NCBI GenBank assembly: GCA_964016885.1
Contig: OZ024743.1
Location: 41,788,001-41,852,000 of the forward strand
Length of the DNA stretch: 64,000 bases
Source: Eledone cirrhosa
Lineage: Eukaryota
Reading direction: 5' to 3'
Below, in pieces: positions 43,191-56,415 of this stretch. The translations under genes were made by a program, and so were the position numbers. The notes beneath the pieces are model-generated. The model did not search any database. It was given only the letters and a program-made list of their open reading frames with translations, and was not told the DNA's origin. Numbering within the stretch: the first letter of the stretch is position 1; each line of letters starts with the position of its first letter.

Positions 43191-44450
43191 ATATATGAGA
43201 AGCAAATTAGCTTTTTGGTGTGCTTGTTCATTAATATCCTTCTTAAGATCAATCCAATCTTCTTGACAACTATGTTCAATACCCTTCTCCCAAATCCTTT
43301 CTTCTCCAAAATGTGTTGTTCTGTTCAGCGTCCGGGATAGGCTGGTTATCACTTCTTTTACCTTCTAGCTGATGAAATATCTTTTGGTTGTTGTCAAATA
43401 TGCAGTTTTCTCTATACTAGTCAATTCTGCTTTCATATATTTTGATTTTTGCACTTTTTACGATGACATGTTCTTTGCGTTTCACTATTACAAAAAATAA
43501 CCATTTTCCTTTGTTGGAAACTGATTTCCTTTTCAATCTATTCTTAAAATATTCGTTTTTCCATATCCAGTCTAATAAAGACTAATATCTGTCTTATTTC
43601 CTTTACTTGACCATTCAACCGCTTCTTCCACCAACGTTTTTTTTTTTCTCGTCTGTTTAGTCGTCTGGATACCAAACATGTTTTCACATATGCGGCTACT
43701 TTGGGGGTATTGTTTCATTGGTACAAATTCCTAGTCTGAAAGTATGAGATTACTTAGCTGTGGTTTTTATGTAACATTCTTCTACTTACAAACCTTGTGT
43801 CATAATGTTGCCCACTGCCATTACTTATCTCATTCACCATTAAATTCAGAATATCAACAAAATCCTCTCCCAGCTCGTCAGCTTTCATTTTCTCAATGGT
43901 CGTATCTTTACACAAGATATTAATTATCGCAACATATCGGTCATTGACTTCTTCCGTTCTTTCTCAGGTTTTCCAACTACTTTACCTTCAATTTCTTCTG
44001 GCTGATTTGCCTGATTTGCTCCGCTTTCTACATGCTCACTTGTTCCAATTTAAGCTTTCTACACATTTCTACCAATTCTAACTCGCTTATCTATCGATTA
44101 TGTCTTATTACACGAGCGGTATCTGCTAGGTTTTGGTTGCTTAATTCACATAGACCAATATCGTTCCGGAATTTATTAATTCGTTACCTATAGTGGGATC
44201 ACTTTATAGATAACATTTCAATTATGTCTAGTGATATGTCCGTCCGTGTTAAAACAATTACCAAATAATCTCCGCTATCTATTACATTGTCTTTGTCATA
44301 TCTGATAAAATTGTGCTGACTATAGAGTGGAGAGCTATGTAAAGAAAGCAATAATAGCAAATCAGCCGATCATTGAATCGAAGTAAATGGATTGTGCTAT
44401 TGTATTTCGATTGTTGGGTCTTCATTCCTATTAAAAATGACACCGCTAAT
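43191..44450 (-). pseudogene. Inverted N-terminal (pre-RT) part of an R4/Dong-like ORF
   Basis: WWKKRLNGQVKEIRQ (~43630-43590) and IWEKGIEHSCQEDWID match the pre-RT region of this clade. The 5' limit is uncertain. Confidence 0.55.
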
Positions 44451-44834
44451 CTGTTGGCTCGGGGGTCACAGAACCTGAACCGATACCCATTCTTTGGCCA
44501 TCATTTCAATCCACTGCCCTAGTGCATTAATCATCTATTTTAAAGGGATATGATTCAAAATTGAATTTCATATGATTTCAACACAGGAATGAAAATACAT
44601 TATATATAGATAGCAATCAATAATATAACATCTCAGTTTGAACTCTTCAGATGTCATTAGCGTATTTTATCTTATGTGGGTTATTACATTAAATCTCAAA
44701 TAATTATACACTAAACGATATAAATAGCCCTAAGCAAGATCCAACCTAAACTTATAGCAAAAGGTACTAATGGGAGTTAAGCAAAAAATAGAACGTCGAA
44801 ATGCATTGACAATTGTAGGAATATATTCCTCTTA

Positions 44835-44985
44835 AGGCGGCGAATTGGCAGAATCGTTAGAACGTCCGGGCGAATGCTTTATGGTATTATTTCCGACTCT
44901 CTGCGCTCTGAGTTCAAATTGCGCTGAGGTCACCTTTGCCTTTCATCCTATCGAGGTCGATAAAAAAAGTACCAATCTAGTACTG
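44835..44985 (+). mobile_element. tRNA-head SINE, 3'-truncated
   Basis: GGCGGCGAATTGGCAGAATCGTTAGA head, GAGTTCAAAT, and core TTTGCCTTTCATCC. Confidence 0.85.
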
Positions 44986-45144
44986 TGATGTATTCTTCCA
45001 TTATGCATCTGTTTTATTTTCTCTATCTCACTTTCTATCTTCCGCTGGAAGCAATCTACTGTGTTCAGGCCTGAATAGGGATGGGCCCCACCAGGTTTTA
45101 AATGCTCAACAAACGCCCCATGAAAGTGGAACCTAATTAATATT

Positions 45145-45462
45145 GTGGTCTCTCAGGACAACAATGTGATTGAAAAGGAAACGGAAAAGATCAATAAATA
45201 TGCAGACAGTGCATGTGCTATGAGAACAGAGTCCCATGTTGTGACAGAAGCTTTGACAATCGTCCATGGGGCACTAGACCCACTCCTGAACGGCTTACGT
45301 CTATTATCGAAATCCTTGATATCCTCGACTTCAGATACAGTGACCAAAGTTCTACCAGAGTACTGGGCGATATATTGAGGCCCTGTGATCTGAGGCATAT
45401 TAATGATTTAACTAGCCAACGATTGCTAGAGAAACCACAAAAAATAAACATTCATTATTATT
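45145..45462 (+). pseudogene. R4/Dong-like LINE 3' end (restriction-like endonuclease C-terminus)
   Basis: DNNVIEKETEKINKY...IVHGAL matches D.NV..KE.EK..KY...V.GALG. AATAAA and (ATT)n follow. Confidence 0.7.
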
Positions 45463-45465
45463 AGC

Positions 45466-45660
45466 AATGGGATTGGCGGCATCGGTAGAGTGTCAGACAC
45501 CATGCTTTGCAGCATAGAGTTATGGGCCTTTACCTTCTGAGTTCAAATCCCATAGTGGTTAACTTTGTCTTTCATCTTTACAGGGTGAATATAATAAAGC
45601 ACCAGTTATACTCAGGGGTGATTGCTGGCCTTGTGCCAAATGTACAAACAATTATTATTA
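45466..45660 (+). mobile_element. Major-family SINE
   Basis: Head, B-box, core and tail are present. Confidence 0.85.
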
Positions 45661-46549
45661 CTAATGTTTATATATATATATATATATTTCTTGATGATGA
45701 TGATTGCCTTGTGTGACGGTACTGGCCGTGAGGAAAAAAGGGATATAATGAGGCATATGATGAAAACGACAATGATGATGATGGTGGTGATTTGAATCTT
45801 AAGGGTAATTATGATGATGTTGATGTTGAGGATGATGGTCATAATAATAATCACCTGATGCGTATCAGAGACATGTAGGATTGGTCTTATGCTTATATGT
45901 AAGTTATGCAGCAATCCATCCCACACAGTCTCACCATATTCAACTACTATTTTAATTACAAACACTTGTTATGTATGTGACTTGAAATGAATGGCAACCA
46001 TCCTTAACAACCAACATCCATTATATTATATTTTCTAGTTGTATTATGCTTTTTTCCGTTTTTGACAAGGGCATACATAACTTGATAATTGTTCTCTAAT
46101 TTGAGGATTGGTATTTAAGGAAGGGAGCTCTACTATGAACATGTCACTTGTTTGACCTGTAGCTACGCGATGTTGTTCATTATCATAATATATGACGATG
46201 GCGCCCACACATAAAATCCGACCGTGTATCAGCATTGGATTATACAGGTTCAGACATTTAGCAATACTATTGATTCAATCTGGTCCTAGATTATTCCATT
46301 ATATCACACTCCGCCTAAAATATACATCACTTCACAAATCAATAAAGGACATGTTTGCAGCATAAAAATCATAAATAATACACACATAAATTTTAGACAC
46401 AACATTTTATATTGTAAACATTATATATTCTAAAATATATCCGGGTATGTATTATATACAAATATCATTAGACAAACGTTGTCCTTTATGTTACTTATTA
46501 ACGTATATGTTCACACCGGGTAATGGTTTTATATTTCTATCGTACAAAC

Positions 46550-46722
46550 GCGATGAATTTGCAGTATCGGTAGAGCGTCGCACGTTACGGCCCTTTGCGG
46601 TATGAGTTCAAATCCCTCCGAAGTTAATTTTGTCTTTCCTCCTTACGGGGTCGATAAAATAAAGCACCTGTAATGCACTGGGATAATTGCTGGCTTTGTG
46701 CCAAATGTAGAAATAATTATTA
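46550..46722 (+). mobile_element. Major-family SINE
   Basis: Head, B-box, core and tail are present. More degenerate copies lie at ~17222-17440, 25690-25950 and 41620-41900. Confidence 0.85.
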
Positions 46723-48239
46723 TATAATTGAGTGAGTAGTGACGACGAAACTTCAGCTATTCTCTTCGACTAGCTTCGTAAACCAATATTTATAATATTT
46801 CTCAGGCGATGGACCTATATTTGATTTATTTTAAGTTGAAAGGCTTAGATTTATTTAAGATCGATTCTAAGATATAGATGATAGCACATCAGGGTGTCAG
46901 GGTGACATAGGTTTTGGTAGTATTTTCAGGGTGTGAAAACAAAAGAATAATCACAGCCTCAAAACAATAGCTCTCCAGTAGACTTCGTAAGCAACAGATA
47001 ACGGGTAACTAACAGATTATCGATTGAATACGAGAAGCTAGGGGAGTAATAATATTGCAGGTACTAATGCAGTTGTTTGAGGCAATAACAAAGCACTCAA
47101 TGGAGCGAGACTTGGAACATTATCTTCCAAAGTAACACACAACAGTTATAAGGTGTGATACCAAGAAAATCGACTGAAGGCAGTGGCCATACGTATACAT
47201 ACAACAACGATAAATGAAAAAAGGTTGACGACTAGCATGGATAATCTGGAGTCCATTTGAAAGGATAGAAATCGATAACGATCTTCGATTGATATGCGTG
47301 TGCGTGTGCATATGTGTACGTACATGCACGATATTAAGTTAGATTTCATAGACACGAGTCAATACACTCAAGTGCCTCTTGTATGTACGTGTATTAGAAG
47401 ATTTTATATTAACTTATATACGATTTCCTGCTGAAGCCAATTGCATTTAGTGTATATACTTCACTAAAATATTGTCTGAAAATTTGATTCAATTTACATA
47501 ATATGTAAATATCATGCTAGTGTTAATAGACGCTGTTATGTAATATACGTAAAACATTGAGTTTGTCTATAGTTACTTATAATAGAGATCGGCTGCTATT
47601 CTTTCTTTATAGATAACTGAGGTTAAATGAATATTCGTTATGATATACAAAGTGACGATAGTCAATGGAACTGATGTGAACATCAATACCCAAATTTCAT
47701 GCATATATATTTGTTATTAATATATTAATGAACGAAGCGACATTAATGTCTATGTGCATGCGGATGTACACACACGTATATATATGCACATACACATACA
47801 CACACGCATACACACACACACAAACACACAAACACACACACATAATTATATATATGTGTGTGTATATATATATAAATATATATATAGAGAGAGAGAGAGT
47901 AGATAGAAAGACAGATAGATAGAGATAGTATTTACCTGAAATCTACGATAGTTTGGTCCACAAAATATTATCGATCAGGCCACAATAGAAGAACTGGAGT
48001 CAGCAATACAAAAGAAGGGGAACAAAAGAATAAGCAGCAAAATGAATAAAAATGCTTCACAAGTTGTCATCGCACTTAGTGAACCCATGGTAATTGAGAA
48101 TCAAATCGATATATTCAACATATATATACGCTCAATAGGAAATATAACACAAACAAACAAACAAGAAATATAGGACGAGTTGCCATTCATGTTTTAGTTG
48201 TTGTTCAAATGGCCGACACAAATATTCATGAATACGTAC

Positions 48240-48660
<421 letters not shown>

Positions 48661-49007
48661 TCGTGAATGTGTGTACTTTCAAATGCTGGTATCCAATGAA
48701 GCAGCGCAATTCTGCCCTCGAATGATTAAAAGGAAATAGAAGTTACGAGATATTTCATATTATTTGTACGACATTTAAGTCGAATAATCCATGACGAAGA
48801 GTATCAGTTAGACATATGGAGACGAACCTAAGATAGAACAAGTTAACACAGGGTGAAAGAACCAGACAATAATCAATTAAGAAGGGGAGAATTGAACATA
48901 TAAAACCATCTTTAAATAAGTGCCTTCGGGAAATATACTTGTAATGTAATAGAAAAATTATGTATATGCATATCTATATATCTACCTATCTATCTATCTA
49001 TCTATCT

Positions 49008-49290
49008 ATGGCCCAACTGAATGGGCCTTCTCTCTATATCAGCCTGTAGGTTGAGGAAAAAGAGGAGGAGAGGAAAGGGGTACAAACTCTTCGTACTCCT
49101 GTAGATGAGGGTTGCATATATTGTTTGGGTGTATGTGTTACCCATATGTAATGTCTCACCCTATATGGGAAAATCCACTAATTTTAAATTGCATTTGTGA
49201 TAATATTTTACACGTTTTTATTGTATGTAAACTTCCCCCTTTGTATTTGACCCCTTCTTTTGTGCACCATGTGGCTAATAAAGAAGCATA
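49008..49290 (+). mobile_element. Tx1-like LINE, 5'-truncated 3' end (unit 0), flanked by (TATC)n on both sides
   Basis: Matches the 3' ends of units 1-3 (TGAATGGGCC...AATAAAGAAGCATA). Confidence 0.9.
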
Positions 49291-49296
49291 TCTATG

Positions 49297-49354
<58 letters not shown>

Positions 49355-49358
<4 letters not shown>

Positions 49359-52300
49359 CCAGACGTGTGTAACTTCGCGGAGAAGTTTCCGTTAATTAAT
49401 GTAAGAAAAAAACGTTAATTTTTAGTTAAATTTTATATTATTGTGTAACTTGACCCCCCGTCTGGACCTTCAAGTGGTGGGTCAACTCAATTTCACCCCT
49501 ACAGGGGCGAAATATTCGTTTGAAAAATCTTTTCTCCATCGAATTTTTCAAAAAAAATATTGTAAGTTTGATTACGTTATGAACGCTGCGTTCAACGATA
49601 ATGTTTGTGGAGAGTCGGTAAGACTACAGAGCTCACAGTCAACATCGTCTTCTTCCCTTTCCATCTCTACAGATACTATAGAAATAGAAAGACGAATGAA
49701 AATGCAAAAACAAATTCATATCCAAACAACACAAATGACACCAAACAGTTCAATGACAACAAAAATAACAGCAACACCAATAATGATGATAAAAACAACA
49801 ATGAACAACAACAAAGAAAAAAATAAAGACAACACCAATAACACCAGCATCAAAGACAACAACAACACCAACACCAAGGAAAATACGAATAATATCAACA
49901 TCGGTGACAACAAGAATAACAACAACAATAACAACAATAATGACAACACCACCAACACGGATAATTCCACAGAGAAACCAAAGTCTCCTTTGCACAGACA
50001 GTTCAGAAAAAGGAGGAACTGAAATATCTCGACATAACAAATGCCGAACAACTTTTAAAGGACTCTAGGAGATATGTACTTTCGAAAAAAAATGGAGCTT
50101 TCAGCATCAATTCTCCGGTAAAAAGTCGCAAGGAAACTGCTCTAAAAACGATAGTTTTTAGGACAGTTTCCAATTCTACCCGAAAACGAGACCAATTGTC
50201 ACAGAAAGAAATTGTTCTGGTTTTCAAAAATTCAATGATTGATATTGCATTCCTTCAAAGAAGCAAACTTTTTGGGAGTATTTCGGTACTCATGAAGGAT
50301 CAATTGACGGCCCAAAATTACTCTGTGTCGCCAATTGTATCCAACCTGTACAACTTTTTCCCTACATACATGGGAAAAAGGACACAAATGATCAAAATCA
50401 CGAGTGTCACACCAAAGGTGAAAATATGGTGGGTACTGTGCGGCTTCATCAATTTTGATGTAGACAGAATACTGTCAGTAGGAAAGTCCCCCAGAGATGT
50501 ATTCAATGGGACTAGCATTGAAGTTCTGGTGTAAATGAGCCCAGAGCGAATAGCTATGATCCCACAACGTGTACTCCTGGACGGACTCACCTACATAAAC
50601 TTTTCGGTTGAGGGTAGGTGGCCTTCATATTACCATTGCTTTAGCAGGGGTCACCTGAGGCCTTCCTGTCCTAAATTAATGAGTAAAAAAAGGTTCTTCT
50701 GCCGACACCCATCGAAACAACACAACCACCAACACCACCACCACAAGAACAACACAAACACACAAAAATAACCACAACAAACACAGTCCCACCCAACCCC
50801 ATTCCACCTAAAACAACTGCAAAACCAAATACAGACACAACCGCTCCCCAAGACATACCTCACTCCAATCACACAGACGATACAACACAGAGTGACAGAT
50901 TTTGGCCAAAGTGTTGGCAAAGAGGCTGGCACTTGTCGTCGAGAACCTGGTGGGAGAAGCGCAGACATGCGCAATTCCGACCAGGTCCATACACGACAAC
51001 CTCCACCTCATGCGATACATCATAGAGAGGGTAGGGTGTAAACCCGGCTTCGGTGGGGCTCTGGTCAACTTGGATCAGTCTAAGACATTCGATAGGGTTG
51101 ACCATCGTTACCTGGATGCGGTGCTCGAGGCGGCAGGCTTGGGACGCGTGTTCAGGGGCTGGATTGCTGCAATGCACAACAGCAACATCTGCTCAAGGGT
51201 GAAGGTGAACGGCTACCACTCAGAGCCGTTCCATATTACGCGATCCATTCGACAGGGATGCTCTCTCTCCTCCCTTCTGTACGTACTGACTCTCGAGCCA
51301 CTACTTCAGAAGTTGGAGCTATTGCAGGGCATCCCTCTGGATCCGGGACTGCGGAAAGCGGCGTCGGCCTACGCCGACGACTTGACAGTAATGGTGTCGA
51401 GCGCCTCGCAAATCGAGGAAGTCGGCACCTTACTGAAGGAATAGGAACGTTTCACAGGAGCGAAGCTGAACCGGGACAAGTCCATCGGTTTGCAACTCGG
51501 ATCGTGGAGAGGCAAACTGATGACTTCCGATGGCGTCTTCGGACGCTGGACGGTTTCTGGTTTGGTCCGGACCTCCAGGTGGAGAAGAACTGGAACGAAG
51601 TGACGGCCAAAGTGTTTGCACTCACCCAGAAGTGGGCCGAGTGCAAACTATCCTTGAAAGGTCGAGCGGAGGTGGCGAACACTTTTATAGCGTCCGCCAT
51701 CTACTACCGCTTGACCGTCGTGCCTTGTCCAGCCAAAACGCTCGCCAAAATGGAGCGCGCGCTCTTCCTATTCCTTTGGAAGAGGCGGGCTCCTTTGGTG
51801 AGAAGATCCATCTGCTGCCAACACCCTTCTAACGGAGGGCTGGGGATGCAGTGGTTGACGATGCGCAAACACGCGCTCAGGCTGTGGCATCTCTACGTAT
51901 TCGTCACCGGACAACCGGTGTGGGCCCCGTCTTTGAGGCGAGCCTTCCCACAACTCGTTTCGCTGACCGAGCTGCAGTCCTGGGTCAATAAAAAAAACTA
52001 GAAAAATGGGCGATTGGCACATCGAATGTGCTCAGGCGTTCACAGCCCTCTGGCAGGCGGACCCGGCGATCAGTGGAGACTCCACTTCGTCATTCTATAG
52101 AGGGTTGATCCGCAGCAAATGCGACGACGCGCTCAGTGAAACTCTAGGCGTAGACGAAGATGAACTGGCCAGTCTGTTCGGTAGGACCTTCCGCCCGGGA
52201 CCGATGGACAACTTCCAAAAGTCCCTGGCCTGGCAGTGCTACCGAGGAGCTCTACTAGTTCGGTACAAGCTCTACAGACATGGGTGCCCGGGCAGGGACC

Positions 52301-52966
52301 CTGCAAAAAAGATCTGTCCGAGGTGCGTGCGTAACGAAGAAACCGTCGCGCATGCATTCCTACACTGCCCGGACGTCACTAACCTGTGGGGCTATGTAGA
52401 ACGACTATTGTCGCGGGTGGGACCAATCCAGTTGACCACCGAGTCCATTGTCATGATCAAACCGCCACCCTCCTTCAAAAGCGAAGGAGAAGCGGTCTTC
52501 CTTTTTGTGATAGCTTTGGCGAAAGAGGTTGTATGGTGGGCAAGGTTGAAAGGGCTGAGGTAAGACACCTTTCTCTCCGGCCAACAACTGGTTCTTTTTT
52601 TCAAATACCACTTTGGAAGAAGAATCAGGATTGCAGAGAGAGGTGCTTCACCACAGCAAGTTTTATGAAAGTTGGGTGAAAGTGGCGAGAATGGCCCGAG
52701 TGAATGGGCTTTCTCTCTATATCAGCCTGTAGGTTGAGGAAAAGGAAGAGGAGAGGAAAGGAGTACAAACTCTTCGTACTCCTGGAGTTGAGGGTTGCAC
52801 ATGTTTTCGGGGGTATGTGTTACCCATATGAACTGTTGGGGAAAATCGACTAACTTTCTAAATTGCATATGTGATAACATTTTACACGTTTTTATTGTAT
52901 GTAAACTTCCCCCTTTGTATTTTTCCCCTTCTTTTGTGCCCCTGTGTCTAATAAAGAAACATATCT
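49355..52966 (+). mobile_element. Tx1/L1-clade LINE unit 1: 5'UTR, ORF1 N-half, RT to 3' end; endonuclease deleted
   Basis: ORF1 sequence jumps at AACA (50884-50887) into NTE*QILAKVLAKRL. The 3'UTR has AATAAA at 52950. Confidence 0.92.
50884..52731 (+). pseudogene. Tx1-like ORF2 RT plus C-terminal zinc finger, with stops and frameshifts
   Basis: QTCAIPTRSIHDN, LDQSKTFDRVDH, IRQGCSLS, AYADD, LSLKGRAEV, GGLGM, CPRCVRNEETVAHAFLHC. Confidence 0.95.
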
Positions 52967-52971
52967 CGGTC

Positions 52972-55900
52972 TCTACCAGACGTGTGTAACTTCGCGAGAA
53001 GTTTCCGTTAATTTATGTAAGAAAAAAACGTGAGTTTTCAGTTAAATTTTATATTATTGTGTAACTTGACCCCCTGTCTGGACCTTCAAATGGTGGGTCA
53101 ACTCATTTTCGCCCCTACAGGGGCGAAATATTCGATTGTAAAAGTTTTTCTACATCGAATATTGGAAAAAATATTGTAAGAAGTTTGATTACGTTATGAA
53201 CGATAATGGTGGTGAAGAATCGGTAAGACTACATAGCTCGCAGTCAACATCGTCTTCTTCCCTAGATACTATGGAGATGGAAAGATGAAATGAAAATGTA
53301 AAAGCAAATTAATATCCAAACAACACAAATGACACCAAACAGTTCAATGACAACAAAAATAACAACACCAATAATGATGATAAAAACAACAATGACAACA
53401 ACAAACAATAAAAAAATAAATACAACACCAATAACACCAGCATCAAAGACAACAACAACACCAACACCAACACTAAGGAAAATACGAATAATATCAACAT
53501 CAGTGACCACAAGAATAACAACAACAATAACAACAATAATGTACAACGCCACCAACACCGATAATTCCACAAAGAAACCAAAAATCTCCTTTGCACAGAC
53601 AGTACAGAAAAAGGAGGACTGACATATCTCGACATAACAAATGCCGAACAACTTTTAAAGGACGCTAGGAGATATGTCACTATCGAAAAAAATGGTGCTT
53701 TCAACATCAATTCTCCGGTAGAAATTCGCAAGGAAACTGCTCTCAAAACGATAGTTTTTAGGACAGTTTCCAATTCTACCCGAAAACCAATCCAATTGTC
53801 ACAGAAAGAAATTGTCTGGTTTTCAAAAATTCAATGAATGATATTCCATTCATTCAAAGAAGCAAACTTATTGGGAGTATTTCGGTACTCATGCAGGATC
53901 AATTGACGGCCCCAAATTACTCTGTGTCGCCAATTGTATCCAACCTGTACACATTTTTCCCTACATACATGGGAAATAGGACACAAAAGATTAAAATCAC
54001 GAGTGTCACACCAAAGGTGAACATATGGTGGATACTGTGCGGCCTCATCAATGTTGATGAAGACAGAATACTGTCAGTAGGAAAGTCCCCCAGAGATGTA
54101 TTCAATGGGACTAGCATTGAAGTTCTGGTGCAAATAAGCCCAGAGAGAATAGTATGATCCCACAGCGTGTACTCCTTGACGGACTCACCTACATAAACTT
54201 TTCGGCTGAGGGTAGGTGGCCTTCATGTTACCATTGCTTTAGCAGGGGTCAACTGAGGGTTTCCTGTCCTAAATTAATGAGTAAAAAAAGGCTCTTCTGC
54301 CGACACCCATCAAAACAACACAACCACCAACACCACCACCACAACAACAACACCACAACAAACCACAACAAACACAGTCCCACCCAACTCCACTCCACCG
54401 AAAACCACTGCAAAATCACATACAGACACCACAGCTCCCCAAGACATACCCCTCCCCAATCACACAGACGATACAACAGATGAGGCTATCTCGCCATCAG
54501 CCAGTGAAGACGAGAGAGAACCCCATCGTTCGAAAAGTAAGAAAAGACATCACAAAAGCAAAAACCCATAAAACACTACCACAAACATACAACCACCAAC
54601 ACAAACAACAAAAACATCACAAACAAAACTCCCACCAGCTGACAACAAAATACCTAACACAAAACGAAAGCACACACAAGAACTACAGACAAAAACAAAC
54701 ACAACACAAGAAAATTACACTTACATAAACACTGAAAACAAAACACTAATGGAGACCACCAAGAACGACCCTTCGGTGAAAACCGATGGAAAAACTTTCG
54801 CCCACTCTATTAAAAATAACAAAAAAATGAACCTAAAACTGATTAGGGTCCCTATACAAACTTATAGGTCCCTAAAAGAAACATTTGAAAAGGATGTGGG
54901 GAATTCCTGCGCGAAACCACTTAACCGCGTCCCTCTCAAATATCTCCCCACCCCAGACACCCCCATCCCGCCAGACCCCACCCCACCAAACGTCTCCGTC
55001 CCTACCCCGCCGGAAACCACCACCCACCCAGACAACCCCTCAAAACACCGCCATGGAAATCGTGCAGCCTGGTCCCCAGGAGACAAAGGGTGAGTGATCT
55101 CTTTTCCTCTTTTAACTTTTCAGCACGTAACATGGCCAATATAAGAGTTGGATGTGTGAACGTACGCGGCCTGGGGATGCCCTGGAAACAGGGCAAACTC
55201 TTGAACGACCTCAGGTCGCACAGTATGGATGTGGTAGCTTTTGCGAGTCCAGGATCCACAGCGAGCGACAGCTGACCCCCATCTTCCATGACTTTGAGAT
55301 CTACGCATCTCTCTGTCAATCAGGGGATGGGGGCGGAATTGCCGTTTTGCTGCGGAAACACCTGGGCTCGTAACACAGACGGTACATCTGGACCCGGAGG
55401 GTCGACTGGTGGTCTAGACGTTGACGGTGTGAAGCTGGAACCTTCAGACTGGTGGCCGCATATGCCCCATCCGGGACACCGCGGCCAGACTTCTTCAAAC
55501 GTCTAGAGACTTTTCTGGGAACGTCCCGCTCCTTGCTTTTAATGGGGGACTGTAATGGAATCCTAGATGCACTTTGGGACTATGTGGGAGCGTGTCCCGA
55601 TAAAGGAGGGTTGATCCGGAGCATGTGCGACGACGTGCTCGGTGAAACTCTAGGCGTAGAGGAAGATGAACTGGCCAGTCTGTTCGGTAGGACCTTCCGC
55701 CCGGGAACGATGGACAACTTCCAAAAGTCCCTGGCCTGGCAGTGCTACCGAGGAGCTCTACCAGTTCGGGACAAGCTCTAGAGACATGGGCACCCGGGCA
55801 AGGACCCTGCAAAAGAGATCTGTCCGAGGTACGTGCGTAACAAAGAAACCGTCGCGCACGCATTCATACACTAGCCGGGCGTCACTGACCTGTGGGGCTA

Positions 55901-56410
55901 TGTAGAACGACTATTGTCACGGGTGGGACCAATCCGGTTGACCACCGAGTCCATTGTCCTGGTTTTCCTTTGTGTGATAGCTATGGCGAAAGAGGTGGTA
56001 TGGTGGACAAGGTTGAAAGGGCTGAGGTCAGACACCTTTCTCTCCGGCCAACAACTGATTCTTTTTTTCAAATACCACTTTGGAAGAAGAATCAGGATGG
56101 AGAGAGAGGTGCTGTACCCCAGCAAGTTTTATGAAAGGTGGGTGAAAGTGGCGAGAATAGTCCGAGTGAATGGGCCTTCTCTCTATATCAGCCTTTTGTT
56201 TGAGGATTAGGAGGAGGAGAGGAAAGGGTTGCACATTTTTTCGGGGGTATGTGTTACCCATATGAACTGTCTCCCCCTATTAGGGAAAATCGACTAACTT
56301 TTTAAATTGCATTTGTAATAACATTTTACACGTTTTTATTCTATGTAAACTTCCCCCTTTGGATTTGTCGCCTTCTTTTGTGCCCCTATGTCTAATAAAG
56401 AAACATATCT
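52972..56410 (+). mobile_element. Tx1-like LINE unit 2: ORF1, APE N-part, ORF2 C-terminus; RT deleted
   Basis: ORF1 has CYHCFSRGQLRVSC, a decayed CCHC knuckle. ORF2 ATG at 55132 gives MANIRVGCVNVRGL...AYAP...LMGDCN. The deletion junction GAGGG is at ~55606-55610. Confidence 0.92.
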
Positions 56411-56415
56411 CGCTC

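Noticed and set aside
49441-50051. Asn/Thr-rich ORFs and antisense hydrophobic ORFs as host genes (also 53262-53773, 56549-57141)
   Set aside because: They are the low-complexity N-terminus of LINE ORF1 and its shadow frames.
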